Below are positions 59,439 through 64,000 of a stretch of 64,000 nucleotides of DNA, piece after piece. The stretch is from assembly GCA_902597575.1 (NCBI GenBank), contig CACJYF010000001.1, positions 5,324-69,323 on the forward strand, read 5' to 3'. Both the position numbers and the translations under genes were made by a program. A model generated the notes under the pieces. The model worked only from the letters and a program-made list of their open reading frames with translations. It did no database searches and was not told the origin of the DNA. The number at the start of each line of letters is the position of its first letter. The first letter of the stretch is position 1. This DNA is from an uncultured Pelagibacteraceae bacterium (GTDB taxonomy: Bacteria > Pseudomonadota > Alphaproteobacteria > Pelagibacterales > Pelagibacteraceae).

Positions 59439-59978
59439 CTACATTTTTTTAAAATTTTTGCTATTTAAAAATTGGTTAAAACTAAAATTTTTTTTGTCTT
59501 TAGATGATATAATGGGTCTTTTAATAGGCCATTTTATATTTAATTCTTTATCTTCCCATAAAATTCCCACTTCATTTTTTTTGTTTCTGTAATCTGAATT
59601 TTTATAATACACAACGGTTTTATCAGTTAAACTACAAAATCCATGAGCAAATCCCTCCGGTATGTATAAAGAGGTATTATCTTTTGCAGAAATATACATA
59701 TCAAAATATTTTCCAAAAGTTTTAGAATTTTTTCGACAATCTACGGCAACATCAAATATCTTGCCACTTAAAACACTAATTAATTTGGCTTGTGGTGTTT
59801 TGTATTGAAGATGAAGGCCCCTGATCACATTTTTTTTTGAGACTGAAAAATAATCAAAAATAAATTTTTTTTTGAATTTTTTTTGTTCAAATAATTCTTT
59901 TAAAAATCCTCTATTATCGAAATATGTAGGACGCTTTAAAATTATGAGATCTTTAAATTTTGTTTTAATAATTTTCAC
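59439..59978 (-). CDS. rmlC: dTDP-4-dehydrorhamnose 3,5-epimerase
   Basis: DNRG, VIRGLH, QAKL, DVAVD.R..S.TFG, IPEGFAHGF. Confidence 0.93.
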   Translation of the reverse strand: MKIIKTKFKDLIILKRPTYFDNRGFLKELFEQKKFKKKFIFDYFSVSKKNVIRGLHLQYKTPQAKLISVLSGKIFDVAVDCRKNSKTFGKYFDMYISAKDNTSLYIPEGFAHGFCSLTDKTVVYYKNSDYRNKKNEVGILWEDKELNIKWPIKRPIISSKDKKNFSFNQFLNSKNFKKM

Positions 59979-61171
59979 AAATTGATAAATTTCCTAAATG
60001 TATTACAAATATAATTTAGCTCACTTTTTTTCATACCTTGATGACAACCTATTAATATTCCATTTTTCATAACATTGTCTGCTTCTGAGGCACACTTTGG
60101 ATGCACTTTATATACTTTATTTTTCATAACTGGTTGCCTCAATATATTACCGGTAAAAATTGTTCTAGTTTGAATATTTTTTTTCTCAAAAAAAATCTGC
60201 ATTTCTCTTCTATTAAATGATTTATTTTTTTTAATTACAAGAGGAAAGGCTAGCCAGGGTGTCCTTACACCAATATTTTGTTCTGGTAAATCAAAATATT
60301 TTGGGTAATTAGAAAAAAAATTTTTTAAAAAATCAAAATTCTTATTTCTTAAATTTATATTATTTTTTAATTTTTTAATTTGTTCTAGGGCAAAAGCTGC
60401 GGAAAGTTCAGATGGTAAAAAATTGTAACCTAAATCTGAAAATATATATTTTGCATCATAATCAATACCAGAGACTTTAATATTAAATCTTTTATTAATG
60501 TTTTCTGACTCATTAAAAGTTGCTGAAGATCTTCCCCATCCTCTTAATAATTTTGCTCTTTGATATAAATTAAAATCATTAAAACAAACAATTCCACCAG
60601 TTCCAGCACCATTAATTATGTGAGATGCATAAAAACTGTTAGTTACAACATCTGAATATTTACCTGTATTCTTTTTATCTATTTTATATCCTATTGTATC
60701 TGCAGAGTCCTCAATAACTTTAAGATTATATTTTTTTGCAATTTTAAAAATCTTTTTCCAATCTGCAATATTTCCAAGTAGGTTAGGTATCATTAATGCA
60801 ACAGTTTTTTTATTAATACATTTTTCTATTTGTGCTGGATCCGCTAAAAACTTATTTTTTTCAACCCCGATAAAATGTGGGATCAGTCCTAATTGATATA
60901 TTGGAGCAATAGTTGTTGAAAAAGTTAAATTGGGAGTAATAACTTCCGAACCCTTTTTAAAATTAAAAGAGGATAATCCCAATAGATTAGCAGAGGAACC
61001 AGAATTAACCATAAGTCCATACTTTTTTCCAAAAATTTTACTTACAGTCTTTTCAAGTTTTTTAACATTTTTCCCATCAACTAATGAAAGCCCCTCATTT
61101 TTTAAAACTTTGATTACTGCATTAATCTCTTTAGAGTTATAAACTGCTTTACCGTAATAAATTTTTTTCAT
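59975..61171 (-). CDS. DegT-fold, RfbH/ColD-like NDP-4-keto-6-deoxyhexose 3-dehydratase
   Basis: VNSGSSANL, PNLLGN, EDSAD, SFYASH (His at the PLP-Lys position), WGR, YDAKY...GYN, TRTIFTGN. Confidence 0.75.
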   Translation of the reverse strand: MKKIYYGKAVYNSKEINAVIKVLKNEGLSLVDGKNVKKLEKTVSKIFGKKYGLMVNSGSSANLLGLSSFNFKKGSEVITPNLTFSTTIAPIYQLGLIPHFIGVEKNKFLADPAQIEKCINKKTVALMIPNLLGNIADWKKIFKIAKKYNLKVIEDSADTIGYKIDKKNTGKYSDVVTNSFYASHIINGAGTGGIVCFNDFNLYQRAKLLRGWGRSSATFNESENINKRFNIKVSGIDYDAKYIFSDLGYNFLPSELSAAFALEQIKKLKNNINLRNKNFDFLKNFFSNYPKYFDLPEQNIGVRTPWLAFPLVIKKNKSFNRREMQIFFEKKNIQTRTIFTGNILRQPVMKNKVYKVHPKCASEADNVMKNGILIGCHQGMKKSELNYICNTFRKFINL

Positions 61172-61183
61172 GATTAATAAATC

Positions 61184-62038
61184 TCAACTTTTAATATAAT
61201 TTACTATGTCACTTACAGAACTATTTGCAGGTTTCCAACCATTCAATTTGTCATAGGGATAAATTTTATATTTAATTAAATGATTAGATAACCATTTAAC
61301 TTTTAGTTTTTTTTGACTTTGTTTATTGAAAATTCTGACCAAATCAAAAATTTTAATATTTGAGATATTTGTAATTGAGTATCTATTAGGTGCTACATTT
61401 TTTTTGAGAATTAGATTTATTGCACTAATTATATCTGAAATATTAAGTAAATTCATATAAAGATTTTTTGATATTACATTTGTCGATTTATTTTTGAGAT
61501 AATTCATCTTCAAAGTATGGATTATTTTTTTTCTACGATCATTATTACCAAAAGTATCGAAGACCATTAATTCATAAAAATTTACTTTTTTAAAATTCTT
61601 TTTATAAAAACTTAAAATTGTACTAAAGCTTTTTTTATATGCGGAATATAAATTTTCAATATTATCTTTTTTTGCATTACCATCCTCCCAAACAGTAGAA
61701 AAATTGATAAATTTTGAGGCTTTTAATTTTGTGAGATTTTCTAAGATTATATTTCCAAACATCAAATTAGAATAACAAAGTTTTTCTATATCCTGAAACT
61801 TATGATCTTTTATATAGTGTGTTGCGCAATGAATTACTGTATTTACTCTCATCTTTTTTAATTTTAAGTTGAGAGAATTGTAGTTTTTAAATTCAATTAC
61901 TTTAATATTTTTATTTTTTAAATATGTTTTTAAAGGTTTTTTTCTAACAAGAATATAAAATTTGTAATCGTTAGAAAAACTATTCAAAATGTTTGAACCT
62001 ATAAAGCCTGAGGAACCTGTTAATAAAATTTTATGCAC
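61184..62038 (-). CDS. Extended SDR sugar-nucleotide reductase/epimerase (abequose/paratose-synthase-like)
   Basis: TGSSGFIGS, IHCATHY, YSAYK (YxxxK), DTFG..D.R.K. Confidence 0.7.
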   Translation of the reverse strand: MHKILLTGSSGFIGSNILNSFSNDYKFYILVRKKPLKTYLKNKNIKVIEFKNYNSLNLKLKKMRVNTVIHCATHYIKDHKFQDIEKLCYSNLMFGNIILENLTKLKASKFINFSTVWEDGNAKKDNIENLYSAYKKSFSTILSFYKKNFKKVNFYELMVFDTFGNNDRRKKIIHTLKMNYLKNKSTNVISKNLYMNLLNISDIISAINLILKKNVAPNRYSITNISNIKIFDLVRIFNKQSQKKLKVKWLSNHLIKYKIYPYDKLNGWKPANSSVSDIVNYIKS

Positions 62039-62909
62039 TTTCTTTAATAATCTTTTTTAAATAATTTGAATAACTACAATTTCCGTAAAATTTTATTTGT
62101 TTTTTAATTTGGCTTTTTTTAATCCATTTATTATATAATGCAATTTCCTCTAAACACGCAATTTTTACCCCTTGTCTATTTTCAATTGCGTGAACAAATG
62201 AGAAAGTCTTAAAATAATCCTCAATTGAACCAGTATCAAGCCATGCTCCGCCTCGCCCAATATAATCCGCTGTTAATTTATTTTTTTTTTTATAAATATT
62301 TAATAGATCAATAATTTCTAACTCTCCTCTCTTAGAAGGTTTTAATCTCTTTGAATATTTAATTACGTTGTTGTCAAAAAAATAAAGACCTGTGACTGAT
62401 AAATTTGAAATATATTTTTTAGGTTTTTCTACGATCTTTAAAATTTTATTTCTTTTATTTACTTTTGCTACACCAAATGACTCGGGGTTCGATACCCTGT
62501 GTAAAAGTACTTTTGCTCCTGATTTTAATTTTGTACATTTCTTTAAATTATCAGATAAACCTTGACCATAAAAAAAATTATCTCCTAAAATCATCGCAAC
62601 ATTTTGAGTGCCAATGAATTTTTCCCCTAATATAAAAGCATCTGGTAAACCTTTTGGTTTATTTTGCTCTTGATAAGTAATTTTTATCCCAAGATTTTTT
62701 CCATCTTGGATTAATTTTCTATATTGATTAATTTGACCTTTATTTACAATTATTAAAATATCTTTAATTTTTGACAACATTAAAATTGAAAGAGGATAAA
62801 AAATAAGGGGTTTATCATAAATTGGTAATAGCTGTTTATTTACAGCTTTTGTAAGTGGACTCATTCTTGTTCCAGCTCCACCTGCAAGTATAATTCCTTT
62901 ACTAATCAT
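62031..62909 (-). CDS. rmlA: Glucose-1-phosphate thymidylyltransferase
   Basis: GIILAGGAGTRM.P, KQLLPIYDKP, LGDN, EKP, S.RGELEI, AWLDTG. Confidence 0.96.
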   Translation of the reverse strand: MISKGIILAGGAGTRMSPLTKAVNKQLLPIYDKPLIFYPLSILMLSKIKDILIIVNKGQINQYRKLIQDGKNLGIKITYQEQNKPKGLPDAFILGEKFIGTQNVAMILGDNFFYGQGLSDNLKKCTKLKSGAKVLLHRVSNPESFGVAKVNKRNKILKIVEKPKKYISNLSVTGLYFFDNNVIKYSKRLKPSKRGELEIIDLLNIYKKKNKLTADYIGRGGAWLDTGSIEDYFKTFSFVHAIENRQGVKIACLEEIALYNKWIKKSQIKKQIKFYGNCSYSNYLKKIIKESA

Positions 62910-63924
62910 ATTTTCCCAACCTCCGTACGATATCTTTTTTTGCTAAAGATTTGTAGTAAGTTTTATTATTTTTATACCATTCAAAAGTATATTTTATTCC
63001 AGTTTTGAAATTTGTTTTTGGACGAAATTTTAATTTATCTCTAATTTTTTTACTATCTAGCGCATATCTAACATCGTGGCCTGGCCTATCTTTTACAAAA
63101 GAAATTTTTACTTTATCGCCAAGTTTAATTAGTTTTTTTGAAACACTTAAAATATTCTTACAAACCTCAAGATTAGAAAGATTTTTATTTGAACCTATAT
63201 TATAAAACTCTCCAATTTTTCCTTTTTTAAAAACTGTATATAAAGCTTCGCAATGATCTTTAACATATAGCCACTCTCTAGAGTTTGTACCCTTTCCATA
63301 AATTGGTAAGCTTTTGTTATTCAAAATATTATAAATTAATTTTGGTATCAATTTTTCTGGATGTTGATTTGGGCCATAGTTATTGGAACAGTTGGTCACA
63401 ATCGCAGGAATTTTATAAGTCCGTATATATGATGAAACTAAATGATCTGAAGCAGCTTTACTAGCGGCATATGGCGAGCTTGGATTGTAAGGGTAATCTT
63501 CAGATGTTCTGCCTTTTAGAATATCACCAAAAACTTCATCCGTTGATATATGAATTAATTTTGATCTATATTTTTTTGAAAATATTTTAAAATTTTCTAA
63601 TAAATTGTAAACACCTACGATATTACTTTGAATAAAATCTTTTGGGTCATCTATTGATCTGTCAACATGAGTTTCGGCGGCGAGATTAAAGATACATTTT
63701 GGCTTATAATTGAAAAGAATATTTTTTACTCTTTTTTTGTTCCCAATATCACATTTGATAAAACTATAACTCTTCAAAAATCTAAAATTTTTTACATTAT
63801 AAAAATTTGATGAATAGGTCACCTTATCGATATTGATTACAGAATAATTTTTTTGTAATAGAAGCTCAATTAGATTGCTTCCAATAAATCCCAAACCGCC
63901 TGTTACAATTATGTTTTTTGACAT
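62902..63924 (-). CDS. rmlB: dTDP-glucose 4,6-dehydratase
   Basis: GGLGFIGS, AAETHVDRSI, STDEVFG, YAASKA, NNYGP.Q.PEKLIP, DRPGHD.RY. Confidence 0.97.
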   Translation of the reverse strand: MSKNIIVTGGLGFIGSNLIELLLQKNYSVINIDKVTYSSNFYNVKNFRFLKSYSFIKCDIGNKKRVKNILFNYKPKCIFNLAAETHVDRSIDDPKDFIQSNIVGVYNLLENFKIFSKKYRSKLIHISTDEVFGDILKGRTSEDYPYNPSSPYAASKAASDHLVSSYIRTYKIPAIVTNCSNNYGPNQHPEKLIPKLIYNILNNKSLPIYGKGTNSREWLYVKDHCEALYTVFKKGKIGEFYNIGSNKNLSNLEVCKNILSVSKKLIKLGDKVKISFVKDRPGHDVRYALDSKKIRDKLKFRPKTNFKTGIKYTFEWYKNNKTYYKSLAKKDIVRRLGKYD

Positions 63925-64000
63925 TGTTAGTTTACTTTAATCAACTAAGATATTGAGAATAATCTCTTACTTCCACAACCTTTTTTTTATCAACTTTATT

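Noticed and set aside
59389-59592. 67-aa ORF
   Set aside because: Antisense to the tRNA and the rmlC 3' end
269-63205. Many short antisense or alternate-frame ORFs in the track (e.g. 269-604, 1918-2184, 35849-36307, 39175-39549)
   Set aside because: Fully nested in well-supported genes, with no motifs; typical shadow ORFs
63941-64000. 3' end of the next upstream gene
   Set aside because: Two minus-strand frames are open at the edge; frame and product cannot be determined

Overview
AT-rich, gene-dense (overlapping stop/start codons) segment of a streamlined marine alphaproteobacterium. Gene content and order (proteorhodopsin-fdx-fnr-gst, umuDC, compact dcw cluster) fit Pelagibacterales (SAR11); this assignment is inferred. 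Left third: icd, alaS, recA, a cupin-GFA-kinase-tolC operon, LexA-boxed umuDC, an alginate-lyase-like gene, ppc, a GT2/GT-C pair, dksA with two unannotated microprotein ORFs, and a blue-tuned proteorhodopsin. Middle: prpE, pyrC, ygfZ, a beta-propeller autotransporter next to tRNA-Leu, nadA/nadC, fumC, uvrD, ligA. Right half: a rearranged dcw cluster (reduced FtsA-like gene, MurE-MurF fusion, ftsZ moved behind mraZ, visible MraZ operator), rnpB, mlaA/mlaC, a tRNA(CAT) and the edge of a surface-polysaccharide island encoding an unusual dTDP-sugar 3-deoxygenation route. I saw no IS, integrase, prophage or CRISPR array, and no clearly new multi-gene system. The best leads are the dksA-coupled microproteins, the Fe-S-less RfbH-like dTDP pathway, the mini-FtsA/ftsZ rewiring, the autotransporter and several non-coding elements.
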